The position numbers and the translations under genes were made by a program. This document shows, piece by piece, positions 25,183 through 36,800 of a DNA stretch of 64,000 nt. Below the pieces are notes generated by a model. That model saw only the letters and a list, made by a program, of their open reading frames with translations, searched no databases and had not been told where the DNA came from. Source of the DNA: a virus (Duplodnaviria > Caudoviricetes). How positions within the stretch are numbered: the stretch's first letter is position 1; each line of letters begins with the position of its first letter. Where the stretch lies: IMG/VR virus record IMGVR_UViG_3300031993_000048, positions 13,602 through 77,601 of that record. One strand, 5' to 3'.

Positions 25183-27258
25183 GTGGCGAACGGAACAGTC
25201 CAGAAGGGCACCGACAACGTCGAGGACCGCACGGAAGACAGGACGCGGAAGGCCCAGCCTCCCCGTCCGCCCGAGCACCGCTCGATGACCGTGACGGTGC
25301 AGGCGGGCGACGGCGTGGTCGGGGGAGACTCCTCCGCCACCGCGACCCGCGGCTACGGGAACGGCTGGACGACCCGCGGCATGAACGTCACCGAGGCCCG
25401 GCAGCGCAGGGAGGCGGCGGACAAGGCCGCCCGCGACGCCGCGTACAGGGCGGACAAGGCAGCCCGCGACGCCCATCGCGCGGATCTCGAGAGGAACGCC
25501 TACCGCATGAACGCGGCCACCCAGCGCCGCGACGCCCGCGAGGCCCGTGCCCGCGAGGAGGCCAGGAGGGCGGAGCGCGCGAAGACGACGATCGACGCGG
25601 CGGAGTGGGAGAAGGCCGGGCAGAGGAACGGCCAGCTCCGCACGGAGGAGGTGAAGAACGCCGACGGCTCCCTCGTCATGGGGGCCGACAAGAAGCCCGT
25701 CGTGAAGACCTTCCGCAACGAGGGCTCGATGTTCGACCCGACGAAGAACGCAGACGCGGTCGCCGCCGTCGAGAAGTGGTGGCAGGATTCCGGCGGACAG
25801 TTCACGACGGGCCACGGAGTGCCGCAGGGCACGTTCGACAAGAACGGGAAGCTCCAGGCGGCGAACCTCACGTCCGACCAGTTCGCCCAGCTCCAGCGTC
25901 TCCAGGGCGCGTTCGACGAGAAGATGGCCCCGATCCGCCAGGCGCAGGCGATGCGCGACGCGCAGAGCTACCTCAAGGCCTCGGAGCTTGTCCAGCAGAA
26001 CGGCGTGCAGGTGTGGGACACGAGGACGGGCGAACGCCGGCTGTCCAGGGACCAGGTGATGGAAGCCGCGCGCCGCATACAGACGCAGTCCGCGTACGGG
26101 GCGCTGGCCAACCTCGACAACGCCGCGTCTCGCGCCGAAGGCGGACGGTACTACGGCGAGGGCGGCATGGACCGGATGCTCGCCGACGAGCAGACGGTGA
26201 TTTCGCGCATGCGCGATCTCGGGTTCAAGGCGAACGAGATCACCAACGACCAGGGTCGTCTGGAGGTCCAGAGGGCTTCGGCCGCGCTTCTCTCGAGAGC
26301 GCAGCAGGGACAGGCCGGGCAGACGCCGGCCGCGGCTCCGAAGGCCACTCCCAGGCCCGCGGCCAAGCCGGCCGCGGCACAGCCGGCGGTGCCTGCGGCG
26401 CAACCGGCGGTGCCTGCGGCGCAACCCGCGCCCGCCCCGAAGCCGACCGCGGTGCCGAAGGCCGCGCCGAAGGCGGAAGTCAAGCCGGAAGTGAAGGCCG
26501 AGGTCAAGTCGGCCGTAGCCACGGCGGAGCCTGCCCAGCCTTCCGCGGAGCCTGCGGCAGACCGCATACCGGACGAAACGACGGCGGCGGCGCTCCGCGA
26601 GGCGTTCGGGCTTTCGGCGGAATCGCCGGTACCTACGATGTCCGATCTCGTCAGCGGAAAGACGACCGCGCTCCCACCGTTGAAGTCGACCAAGACGAGC
26701 GCGGAGCCAAGTGCGCCGGGATTCCTGGACCGCGTGATGGCGCGGGCGAAGGAAGCGTGGAACGCGTCCGGCCAGTCCAAGCCCGCGATGGGCATCGGCA
26801 TGCCAGGCATGCTGCCGGTGACGGCGGCGGAACGTGCGAGCCCCGCAGGACGGAAGGCCGAAAGGGACGCGGTTCTCGCGTCGTTGTCGATGGTAGGAAC
26901 AGGTGGAGCCAGCGCAGGAATCAGGATCGGGACGCAAGCTCTCGGCCGGGCGATCGGCCGCAAGGCGACCGGCACGGCGACACGCGCCGTCGCCCGTGCG
27001 CTCTCGAACCCCGCCGTGCGCGGGGCCGCCAAGGAGACCGTCAAGTTCGACGCGCTCACCCCTGCGCAGCAGACCTTGACTCTCGCAAAGAAGTCGATGA
27101 TGACTCCGGCGCAGAAGAAGGCTGCTGACCTCGCGTTCAAGCGCACCCTCGACAGGCAGTACAGGGCGGCAATCGAAGCGACCAAGACGTCCGCCGAAAA
27201 GACCCTCGATGCTGTCGGCAAATTCAGGAAGAGGGTCAAGGGAGGGCTCTTCAGATGA
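25183..27258 (+). CDS. Putative internal virion (ejection) protein, Ala/Arg/Gln-rich with Pro/Ala/Lys linker
   Basis: AAGGAGG RBS before GTG 25183; helical low-complexity sequence with AAQPAVP repeats; position typical of ejected core proteins. Confidence 0.6.
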   Translation: MANGTVQKGTDNVEDRTEDRTRKAQPPRPPEHRSMTVTVQAGDGVVGGDSSATATRGYGNGWTTRGMNVTEARQRREAADKAARDAAYRADKAARDAHRADLERNAYRMNAATQRRDAREARAREEARRAERAKTTIDAAEWEKAGQRNGQLRTEEVKNADGSLVMGADKKPVVKTFRNEGSMFDPTKNADAVAAVEKWWQDSGGQFTTGHGVPQGTFDKNGKLQAANLTSDQFAQLQRLQGAFDEKMAPIRQAQAMRDAQSYLKASELVQQNGVQVWDTRTGERRLSRDQVMEAARRIQTQSAYGALANLDNAASRAEGGRYYGEGGMDRMLADEQTVISRMRDLGFKANEITNDQGRLEVQRASAALLSRAQQGQAGQTPAAAPKATPRPAAKPAAAQPAVPAAQPAVPAAQPAPAPKPTAVPKAAPKAEVKPEVKAEVKSAVATAEPAQPSAEPAADRIPDETTAAALREAFGLSAESPVPTMSDLVSGKTTALPPLKSTKTSAEPSAPGFLDRVMARAKEAWNASGQSKPAMGIGMPGMLPVTAAERASPAGRKAERDAVLASLSMVGTGGASAGIRIGTQALGRAIGRKATGTATRAVARALSNPAVRGAAKETVKFDALTPAQQTLTLAKKSMMTPAQKKAADLAFKRTLDRQYRAAIEATKTSAEKTLDAVGKFRKRVKGGLFR

Positions 27259-27761
27259 ACGGAGATTGGCCCTTCTACCCTCTCGTGAGGTCGGGCGAGC
27301 TCTTCACGGAGCACGGCGACGACTTCAGGACGCGGTACTTCGACGGAGTGGCCTCGGCCCCCGCCGGGTTCGTCGCGCCCGAGCACGTGTTCGGCACGAA
27401 CGGCTGGCGCAGGAAGCTCGAGGAGACCGGCGCCGATCCCGTCGCCGCGTTCGAGGCGTTCAGCCAGGAATGGGACGCGCTGCCGTACCAGGCCCGCAGG
27501 GACCTCGTCGTCGGCAACGCGGTCGCCAGGTTCTACGCCCCCGGCGTCGCCAAGAGCGTCGCGGACGCGGGGCTCCGGGCGAGCAGGGACGACGGCGCGG
27601 CGATCTCGACCGACCCCGACCTCGGGTTTCTCGCGCTCGGCGACCCCGTGAAGTCCAGCGAGGAGTTCCAGAAGAAGCTGCTCGGCGCTTCCGCGGAGCC
27701 GGCGCCCGATCCGCTCGCCGATCTCATGGCGGACGCGCAGGGAGAGGAGGCGCAGGCATGA
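27255..27761 (+). CDS. Hypothetical protein (168 aa), probable virion component
   Basis: ATGA overlaps at both ends; GC3-rich codons. Confidence 0.7.
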   Translation: MNGDWPFYPLVRSGELFTEHGDDFRTRYFDGVASAPAGFVAPEHVFGTNGWRRKLEETGADPVAAFEAFSQEWDALPYQARRDLVVGNAVARFYAPGVAKSVADAGLRASRDDGAAISTDPDLGFLALGDPVKSSEEFQKKLLGASAEPAPDPLADLMADAQGEEAQA

Positions 27762-30247
27762 CGAGCCCGCTCGATTCAGGAGCCTGGATGAGGCTCGACC
27801 AGGAGCAGTTCGGCGGATTCCCTTCGGAGGACAGGCGCCCCGGCGCGTCCACGGGCTTCGGGCTGTTCGGCACCGATCCGTCCACCGGGCCGGTGCTCGA
27901 CACCCGCGGCGCGTTCAATCCCGCCTTCAACGGAGGCACGGAGCATCCCGCGTTCGAGGCGGAGACCGACCCGTTCCGCGCCGTGCTGCCCGGCCTCGCG
28001 AAGCGCGCGAGGAAGGGCGACGCCGCGGCGGCGGCCCAGTACCAGGTGTTCTACAGGACTCTCGACTCGAAGAAGCGCCTCTACGACCTCGCGTACTCGA
28101 CCGGCCTCAACGACCGCAACGCGACGGACATCATGAACCACGTGTTCGACAGCGTCGCGCCGGAGAAGTTCGGAGGCGGCACCGACCAGTTCCGCTCCGT
28201 CTACGCCCGCTACCTCGCGTCGCAGGCGAAGCAGCGCGGCACGAACGCCCGCGACCTCTTCGCGTCCGAGCAGTCGCTCACGGACGCGTTCCGCACGTCG
28301 TTCCTCCCGTCGCTCTCCGCCGCCACGGGCATCGCGAGGGCGAGCGGGCTGAAGGACCTGTACGGCGCGAGCGACGGCATGATGGCCAACGCCGGGCTCT
28401 TCCTCAAGAAGGGCATCGCCGAGTGGGAGGCGAAGAACGGCCTGCGCGACGACGCGACCAGGGTCGCTCTGATGTCCCGGGCCGCCGAATACTACGCGAA
28501 GTGCCTGTCGAACCCGGGGCTTCGCGCCCTGGCGGGAGACGCGTACTCGATGGTCGAGGCCGCCGCAGGGGAGGTCGGAGCCGTCTCCGGCCCCCGCAAG
28601 TTCAACAAGTTCGACGACTACACCCGCGCGGTCGCGAATCTCGACCGCGGCTTCATCAGCTACACCGGCTCGTCCGACAGCGACAGGGCCGCGGGCTACG
28701 GCCCGGGCACGGGGAACAACGACGGAAGCGACGGGCGCACCGCCGCGTTCTGGGCGTTCCACGACGCCTACGAAAAGGCCTACGCCGCGAACCTCACGCA
28801 GAACGGAGGGGCGCGGAACTGGAGCGACGCCACGAGGGCGCAGCTCGAGGCCGACATCGCGGCCAACCTCGCGGACGTTTCGCCGCGCGCGGTGGCCGCC
28901 GGGAGCGTTACGAAAGACGGCCAGTCGAGCTCGGCGTGGGACAACATGATACGGTCCCTCGCCCGCGAGGCCCGCGAGATGGGCGAGAAGGAGGGCGTCG
29001 TCGACATGAACCGGCTGGCGACGCGCTACGTCAGGGACGTCAAGCTCCCGGAGCCCGCGACCGTCCCGCAGGCGCTCGGGCTGCGCGACGCCATGCAGAA
29101 GATCGCCGACGACATGGTGACGTGGGGTATCGACGAGCGGCCCGTGTTCCGCGTCGCGGGATCGCTGCGACCGCAGTACGACCCGAAGGCGATCCGCGCC
29201 CGCGTCGAAGAGCAGCTCGCCCAGCTGCTCGGCGCGCCCGGCGTGGACGCGAACTTCGCGAAGGACAACGCCGGGTTCCTGAACGACGTGACGAAGGTCA
29301 TCACGTCGTACATCGGCAACGCCAACAACGTCGCCGATTCGTGGGCCGCGGGAAGCGGCAACGTCGCCGAGTACCGGACGGGCCTGAAGGACCGCATCAA
29401 CGCCCTGTACATGGCGGAGGAGCTCCGCCGGCGCGGCGTCGACGTCAGCCCCTGGTGGGAGCCGGCCACGGCCGGCGAGGACTTCCAGGTGCGCGGCAAC
29501 ACGCAGGAGAACCTGCGCGGGATCTACGGCGGGCTTTCCGAGGCGATAGGCCGCAAGCTCGGCGAGCTCGGGGAGGACACGAGCGGGATGCACGGGGCCG
29601 ACCTCCACAACTGGCACTTCCTCCACAACATGAAGAAGGGCCTCGACTTCCTGCTCATGTCCGGCGGGGACTTCGGTCCCGACTCCCCGGACGGCAAGAA
29701 GGCGGAGACGTACAGGAAGCTGTTCGACGCGTGGGCCGGATCCGACATGTCGTCCGCCCGGGCCGCCGCGGACCGCGCCGTCGCGATCGACCGGGGGAAG
29801 TCCGTCACCGAGCTGTTCGCCTCGCCGCCCGGGCTCACCGACGAGGCGAAGGCCCTTTCCGTCCTGTCCGAGGACATGTTCTCCGACGTCCTGAACCCGG
29901 TCATGGCGAACAGGGCGAAGGCGTACGTGAAGACCGTTCTCGGCGGAGCGGACTACATGAACATCGGCAAGGAGGCGAGAGACCTTCTCGCGGACCGCTA
30001 CCACCTCGGCGTCATGCAGCTCATGCGCCAGGTCATGCGCTCCCGGCCGGAGATCGCCCCCACGCAGTGGGCGAGCGACGACGTGTTCTTCAAGGCGCTC
30101 GACGGCGCCGCGGCCCCGCTCTTCGCGCAGGCGAAGGCGATGTCCGCGGAGCTCGGCGCGGCGAAGCAGGCGGCGGCCTTGCAGTTCGCCGCCCAGAAGT
30201 ATCGCGACGCCCTTGGCATCAAGGGCGAGTACGAGGACAACAAGTAA
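27758..30247 (+). CDS. Putative internal virion (ejection) protein (829 aa)
   Basis: ATGA overlap start; Ala-rich all-helical composition; lies between the capsid module and the giant protein. Confidence 0.6.
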   Translation: MTSPLDSGAWMRLDQEQFGGFPSEDRRPGASTGFGLFGTDPSTGPVLDTRGAFNPAFNGGTEHPAFEAETDPFRAVLPGLAKRARKGDAAAAAQYQVFYRTLDSKKRLYDLAYSTGLNDRNATDIMNHVFDSVAPEKFGGGTDQFRSVYARYLASQAKQRGTNARDLFASEQSLTDAFRTSFLPSLSAATGIARASGLKDLYGASDGMMANAGLFLKKGIAEWEAKNGLRDDATRVALMSRAAEYYAKCLSNPGLRALAGDAYSMVEAAAGEVGAVSGPRKFNKFDDYTRAVANLDRGFISYTGSSDSDRAAGYGPGTGNNDGSDGRTAAFWAFHDAYEKAYAANLTQNGGARNWSDATRAQLEADIAANLADVSPRAVAAGSVTKDGQSSSAWDNMIRSLAREAREMGEKEGVVDMNRLATRYVRDVKLPEPATVPQALGLRDAMQKIADDMVTWGIDERPVFRVAGSLRPQYDPKAIRARVEEQLAQLLGAPGVDANFAKDNAGFLNDVTKVITSYIGNANNVADSWAAGSGNVAEYRTGLKDRINALYMAEELRRRGVDVSPWWEPATAGEDFQVRGNTQENLRGIYGGLSEAIGRKLGELGEDTSGMHGADLHNWHFLHNMKKGLDFLLMSGGDFGPDSPDGKKAETYRKLFDAWAGSDMSSARAAADRAVAIDRGKSVTELFASPPGLTDEAKALSVLSEDMFSDVLNPVMANRAKAYVKTVLGGADYMNIGKEARDLLADRYHLGVMQLMRQVMRSRPEIAPTQWASDDVFFKALDGAAAPLFAQAKAMSAELGAAKQAAALQFAAQKYRDALGIKGEYEDNK

Positions 30248-30258
30248 AGGAGGAACAC

Positions 30259-30642
30259 ATGGACATCAGCAAGTGGATGATAGCGATCAAGCTCCTGTTC
30301 GGAGGGGTCGGCGCCGTGGCAAGCTACGTGCTCGACCTGCTGAACAAGGCCCTGGCGGCGCTTCCCGCGGGCAACCGCGTGAAGATTCAGGCCGTCCTGA
30401 ACCTGGCGGAGCGCGTCCTCTCCGTGCTGACCGCGCTGAAGTGGCTCTGCCCGACGAAGTGGCAGACCGCGTACGGCAAGTCGGTCGACGCGGTGGAGAC
30501 GGTCGTCGCCGCGCTGGCGGACCTGACCATCACGGTCGACGAGATCGGGAAGGTGCGCAAGGCGTTCGCCGAGGCGGTGGCCTCGTGGAAGGGCGACGAT
30601 GACGAAACGTGCGTCGACTGCGTCGACTGCGACGTCGGTTGA
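30259..30642 (+). CDS. Amphipathic/hydrophobic helical protein (127 aa) ending CVDCVDC
   Basis: AGGAGG RBS; hydrophobic N-terminus WMIAIKLLFGGVGAVASYVL. Confidence 0.75.
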   Translation: MDISKWMIAIKLLFGGVGAVASYVLDLLNKALAALPAGNRVKIQAVLNLAERVLSVLTALKWLCPTKWQTAYGKSVDAVETVVAALADLTITVDEIGKVRKAFAEAVASWKGDDDETCVDCVDCDVG

Positions 30643-30799
30643 CCCCGACGAGCTGGCGGACCGCCGGTTCATCGAGAAGTGGAAACCGCGAAAGCCCCCT
30701 CCGGGATGGTCCCCGGAGGGGTGCAACATCCGCCGCTACACGAGGGTCGTCGGACTCCGCACCGTGTACGTCGAGGTGAGGAGCGGTCTCGCCAATTAG
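30599..30799 (+). CDS. Possible small protein (66 aa)
   Basis: Fills the gap before the promoter at 30804; overlaps the upstream gene by 44 nt; start uncertain. Confidence 0.35.
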   Translation: MTKRASTASTATSVDPDELADRRFIEKWKPRKPPPGWSPEGCNIRRYTRVVGLRTVYVEVRSGLAN

Positions 30800-30803
30800 G
30801 GGC

Positions 30804-30832
30804 TTCCACGCCCCGGCATATTGTGGTATAAT
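30804..30832 (+). promoter_or_regulatory. sigma70-like promoter for the giant gene
   Basis: TTCCAC (30804-30809), 17 nt, perfect TATAAT (30827-30832) with TGTGG extension. Confidence 0.75.
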
Positions 30833-30876
30833 TGTCGGCACGCGGCGCGAGGGCGCCGCGCAAGGAGCGATGGAAG

Positions 30877-33800
30877 ATGCCGAGAAACCCGTTTGCCGAC
30901 CCGTTCACGAACCCCGCCGACGCGGGCGAATCCCTTTTTGGGCGCGATGGCGCGATGGCGCCCGCCATGCCCCGGCTCGTGCCGGCCGCCGACGAGATCG
31001 CGGACTCGTCGCTCTCGATTTCTTCCGCCCCGGATCCCCTGGCGCCTCGCCTCGACGACGATGACGACGAGCCGGACGTTCCGCAGTTCCAGTCTCCGTA
31101 CAAGGGCCAGGACCTCCTGTCCGAACCCATGGACAAGGAGAAGGGGCCGACGGCGTTCCAGCGCAAGGAGATAAACTGGTCCGACGGCGGGGAGGACCTG
31201 ACCCGCCCGCGCCGCCGCAACGTCGCCCCCTCCGACTGGCTCGAGGTCGACTACCTGTTCGGGAAGAAGGAGGGCGCGTCGGGCAAGCCCGTCGAGGCCG
31301 CCAACGTGTTCGGGCGCCAGTTCACCCGCGACGAGCTCGAGCGCGACGAGGACGGCAGGAAGCTCCTCGGGCTCATGGAGTTCCGCCGGTCCGGCAAGGT
31401 CAACGAGGGCGGGGCGCTCGCCAACTTCGGCAAGGGGTTCTCCGACTGGGGCACCTCCGACATACCTTTCTACGGCTGGTTCGCCGACATCGGCACGACT
31501 GTCGGCGACGCCATCGAGATGTCGCGGACGATCCGCAAGCTCCAGGACGGTGGCGAGGTGACGCCGCGCGAGGCGATCCGCCTGCGCACGCACATGCTCC
31601 GGCAGGAGCTCGAGAGCCAGCGCACGATGGCGCACCAGGTCGGCTCCACCGTCCGCTCGTCCGTGACGCTGGGCGCGGAGATCCTCGCGTCGTCCGCGAT
31701 AGGCGCGGGCATCGGCGCGATGTTCGGGGGCGTGGGAGCCCCGGTCGGCGCGGCGGTCGGCGCGCTGTTCGCCCCGATCCGCTGGCTCTTCGGCATCGGC
31801 GGCACCGCCGCGAAGGCCGGCGCGCGCAAGGTCGTCAACGTCGGGATGAAGCAGCTCACCGCGAAGATGGCGAGGGACCTCACGGCGGCCGAGCTCAAGA
31901 CGATCGTCCGCACGGGGGCCGCGACCTACGGCGAGGAGGGGGTCCGCTCGCTCCTCCGCGAAGGCGTGAAGAAGGGGCTGCGCGGGCGCGAGCTGTACCA
32001 TTCGCTCGCGGGCGAGCTCCAGTACGCGACGAGGATGTCCGACCCCGGCAGGATGGCCGCCCGCGCCCTGTTCAGCGCCGACTACCGGCTCGCCCTCGAG
32101 GGCGGGCTCCGCGCCGCCGTGGAGCAGAAGGCGCTCGCCAAGACCCTCGTGAACGCGACGAAGGACGACATCGCGCGGCTGTCCGTCAGGGAGCGCGCGA
32201 GGCTCGTGAACGAGGGCATCCGCAAGATGGTCGCCAACAACGAGTGGAAGCCGTTCGTGCAGGACTTCGCCAAGGGCGTGATGGTGGGCGACCGCACGGC
32301 CGCCGTCGACTTCGTGCGGAAGGGCGTCCAGGAGGCGACAGGGCGCACGCTCGTCGCCCCGCAGTACGCGCAGCGCATCCTCGACATCGCCGCGTCCAGC
32401 GTGGCGAAGGACATGGAGCTCGCCGCCGGCAAGCTCGCCTTCGCCAACCCCGTCCGGTTCTTCAGGTACTTCGGCGAGCACGCCGCGCGCGGCCTCGTCC
32501 AGTCGGAGCACGGGCTCTTCGGTGGAGCCCCGACGATCGCGCACAGCGGGTTCACCACGTTCGCCCGCGGCAAGGACGCGCTCAAGGAGGGCATCGGCCG
32601 CGTGTTCATAGAGGCCCCGATCCAGGGCGCGCTCCAGTTCGTCGGCGGGCCGCTCGCGCTCTCCCCGATATTCGCCGCCGCGTCCGGCTACAGCCCGACC
32701 GACCTCACGGTGAAGGGGCAGCTCGGCTACCAGATCGACGCCCTGATCCGCGGCGACAGGGAGAAGATGGACACGGCGCGGCAGGCCGCGCTCGGCTCCG
32801 CGTTCGTCGAGTACGCGTCGGAGGCCGCCGGCCGGGGGCTCGGCGCGATGTTCGGCGGCGCGGTGGCGACCGCCGTCGGCAAGTCGCCGTCCGCCGTGGC
32901 CGAGGGCGCGAAGGCGATGGTGACTCCGGTCTCCCGCCGGATCGGCTCCGCGCTCGACCGTGCCGTGAAGGCCGTGTACGGCGAGGGCGACCTCCTGAAG
33001 AACGGCGTCGAGGGGTTCACGGGCCAGGCGTCCCGCGCCCTCCGCGGCCTCACGGGCCGCTCCGGCGTGAAGGCGTCGGTGGCCCGCGCCGTCCAGAACC
33101 GCACGATAGACGGGTTCGACGACGCCACGAAGACCGCGCTCGCCCGGAAGGGCGTGAAGGACTGGAAGGGCTTCCAGAAGTTCGTCGCCGCGTCCGCCGC
33201 CGACGGCAACCGCATGCGCGCCGGCCTCAACTACTTCGGCCTCAAGCTGATGGAGCGCGGCATGACCCCCGACAGGGTGGTGCAGTTCTTCCGCCAGGCC
33301 GGCTATTCCGGGATCCTCGAGGAGATGGGCGAGGAGCGCGTCGGCGACTTCATGCGCGGGCTCTTCGGGTTCGACGACACCGCGTCCGACGCGACGTGGA
33401 AGGACAAGCTCCGGTCGATGTTCTCCGGCATCACGGACTTCGACCAGCTCGCGACGGAGTTCATCGCCTTCGCGATCCCCGGCGCGATCCGCCGCGGCAC
33501 CATATCGGCGCAGTCGTGGCTCGCGAACGGCGCGGTCGGGCAGGCGAGGGCGGCGGCCCAGGGCCTGCGGTACATGACGGACCTCGGGCGCGGCAAGGTG
33601 TACGCCGCGGTCGGCGGGGTCACGCAGGAGGACAAGGAGCGGATCGAGCGCCGTCCGGCGGAGTCGGCCGCGATGCGGGACGGCGTGCTGGGGACGACGA
33701 AGGACAACCGGAGCCGGATGTCGGCGAACGCCGCGGCCATGGCGGCGAACGCGGCCGGGATCGAGCAGGCGGTGCGCGACGCCGGCGGCCTGTCCGAGCA

Positions 33801-36800
33801 GGGCAGCTCGCCCGACGAGCGCGCGGCGTACGAGGCGATGCTCGCGCCCGTCCTGTCCGCGCAGGGCGAGGGGCAGATGAGGGCCGCGATGGACGAGCTC
33901 GCCGACGAGTACCTCGCCGCGGGGGACGAGGCGACGCTCGAGAGGACGATGGAGCAGACGGGGGCGACCGCGATCTTCGGCGAGGACGGCGTGGACGCGA
34001 TCCGCAGGGAGTGGCGCAAGGGCGCGGGGCACGAGTTCTCCGCCGACAGCGAGATCGAGGCGTCCCTGGCGGACTGGAAGGCGTTCGACGCGCAGTCCCC
34101 GACGGTCTCGAGGCGCGAGCCGGGATCGGTCGGCGAGGCGGTCGACGACATGTGCGCGCAGATCGCGGGCATGGACCGCAACGCGTCCGTGACGGCGGGC
34201 GAGGAGGACCGGGCGAACGGCGAGCGCGACGCGATGGTCGCCGACGAGAACGCCCGCGACGTCGCCGTCGAGGACGCGATGACGCTCGCGAGGTACCTCG
34301 GTCGCGGAGCGGTGAACTCGTCCCGCGAGATGAGCTTCGGCAGGCGCGTCATGTCGCGCATCGTCGGCATGCTCGGCGCCGCGTCCACGGGCGACCTGTC
34401 GCTCGCGGCGACCAGCCCGGCCGCGTGGCTCGCGCAGGACGAGGGCGTGGACAAGAACCTCCAGATGGCGCTCCTGCAATGCTATTCCGCCGGGCTCATG
34501 TCCGGGTGGGCGAAGATGTCGGCCGGCCAGTCCGAGGCGCTGCGCCAGGCGGTCGGGTCGGTGGAGACCGCGGAGGAGCTTCGCCAGAAGCTGGACGCCC
34601 TGCGGAGGGAGCGGAGGATCTCCGACGACATATTCGACCAGCTCGAGGAGGCCGGCGAGGAGACGTTCCGGGCCCGGGTCACGGAGTTCATGACGGCGTA
34701 CATGACGGCGAGCGGCGTGGCCCTCGTCACGCGGCAGGACGCCGTGGACATGGCGCGGTCCATCGTGGCGAAGCGCCACGAGAAGGCGGGCGAGGCGTTC
34801 GAGAGGGACGAGGCGTGGTTCGCCCGCGAGGACATAGCGCGCGAGGTGGAGGCCGCGAGGTCCGACGTGATCGACGGCGTGATCGCGACGGCCAGGAACT
34901 CCCTCGGCTACACGACGCACAGGGGCGCGGGGGACTACGGCACCTACATGACCGTCGACGTGGCGCAGGCCATGAAGAACGGCACGAGCGCCGAGGTGCT
35001 CGCCGCCATCCTCGACTCCCCGGCGTTCAGGGGCGTCGCCCGCGTGCAGAACGTCTCCGGCCTGTCGGAGCACGAGCGCGAGATGGCGATGTCGCTTTTG
35101 ACGTCCGACGTCGCCGACCTCGGCGCGATCGCCGCGATCGAGACGGAAGGCGAGGGGAACGCCGACAGGGAGCTGACGGAGCGCGAGCTCGCCGAGGTCA
35201 ACGCGGCCATGCGCGCGAACCCGAGCGACTACACGCCCGAGGCGTTCCAGAACCTCGCGAGGACGTTCGTGCGCCGCGTGAAGCTCGCCCGCGAGAACAT
35301 GCGGTCCACGTTCTCCAGGCTGGACGACGCAGGGAACAGGATCGTGGCGACTATCGCCCCGGCGGCCGGAGGGTTCGCCGTGGTGGAGACGGACGAGTCG
35401 ACCGGGGCGACGACGCGGACGGAGGTCGCCGGGAGCCGCGAGGACGTCGAGGCGCAGCTCGCCTCGCAGGGCTTCGCGCTGGAGGAGCAGAGGCTCGTCA
35501 TATCGCAGGTGAAGACCTTCGCGTCGTCCGACGCGACGAGCCTCCTCTTCCTGCGCAGCGGGCAGGACCGCGAGGCCGTCCGCGACATCTTCAAGGACTC
35601 CGCCGGCGAGATCGAGGACGAGAACGTCCTTCCGCCGTGGTGCCGCAAGGAGCGGAGGGAGCCCGGCGGCCCGCTGGTGTGGAAGTATTCCGACGACCAG
35701 TCCGACCTCGCCGCGGAGGAGTTCAGGCGCGAGCTCGCCCTCGCCGACGAGTACGAGCGCAACGGCGACTCCTGGATGTACTATCTCGCAGGCACCGGCG
35801 CGTCCGCGAAGGACCGCAGGGCGCGGATGGCGGAGGCGAAGAAGATGCACGAGCGCGTGTACGGCGTGTCCGTCGAGGGCGCCTCGCCGACGAGCGGCTA
35901 CGAGTCCCGCGCCCGCCTGGAGCTGGAGCGCCTCGGGATCCGCCGCAGCTCCTCGGTCGGCACCGACCTCCAGCAGATCGGCATGCCGTCCGACGCCTAC
36001 GTGATGCCGGTCGACGCGGTGAACGCGAAGGACGTGGTCGTGCTGACGCCCGACTACTTCGCGCTGGGCCACGGCGAGGCCCTGCTGCGGCACGGCGTCC
36101 GGCACGCGCTCAACGCGTACGTCGCCGGCGCGGGCGAGGAGGCCGAGCTCCGCAACGCGCTGCTCGTGGAGGCGTACCGCGAGTTCCGGGGCTGCATCGA
36201 CGACATCGTCGCGGAGGCGGAGACGGCGCGCGGCGGGCGGGCGGAGGCGAAGAGGCTCCGCGCCGCGTACGACGAGCTGTTCCCGGCCAGGGCGGACGGG
36301 CTCCCGTCCACGCTCGACCTCGCGAAGATCGCGTCGTCCTCCCTGTTCTTCTCCTGCGACCGCGGGAACTACGAGGACGGCAACGGGTTCCTCCATTCCG
36401 CGGAGCTGTCGAAGGCGGCGGACCGGTTCCGCTCGACCGACATCTTCATGTTCTTCATGTCCGCCGTGGACGAGGCGCTCGGAGGGAAGGGCCTGTTCGA
36501 TCCGGCGCGCTCCAGCGCGGGCGGGCTCGCCCGCTACCGCGCGGCGTTCGCCCCCGACTTCGTGAAGCTGCGCGAGGCCCGCAAGTCCGCCGTGTTCGGC
36601 GGCCAGAGCGGGGAGATGAAGAACCCGTTCGTGCGCGGCTTCAGGCTGCGCGACGGGCTCACTGCGGACGAGGTGCGGAGCGGGGCCGGGAAGTGGGTCG
36701 TCCCCGACGCGGCCATCGGCCTGAAGGAGCCGACGAGCGACAGGCTCCGCGCCCGCGACTTCGACGGCAAGATCGGCGGCTACTGGGGGCTCTACGCGTC

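Noticed and set aside
30832-30876. ORF-track start of the giant gene at 30832, and upstream-extended starts for terL (5667), portal (16321), capsid (21756) and others
   Set aside because: 30832 lies inside the promoter -10 box. RBS positions and stop/start overlaps support the shorter starts used here.
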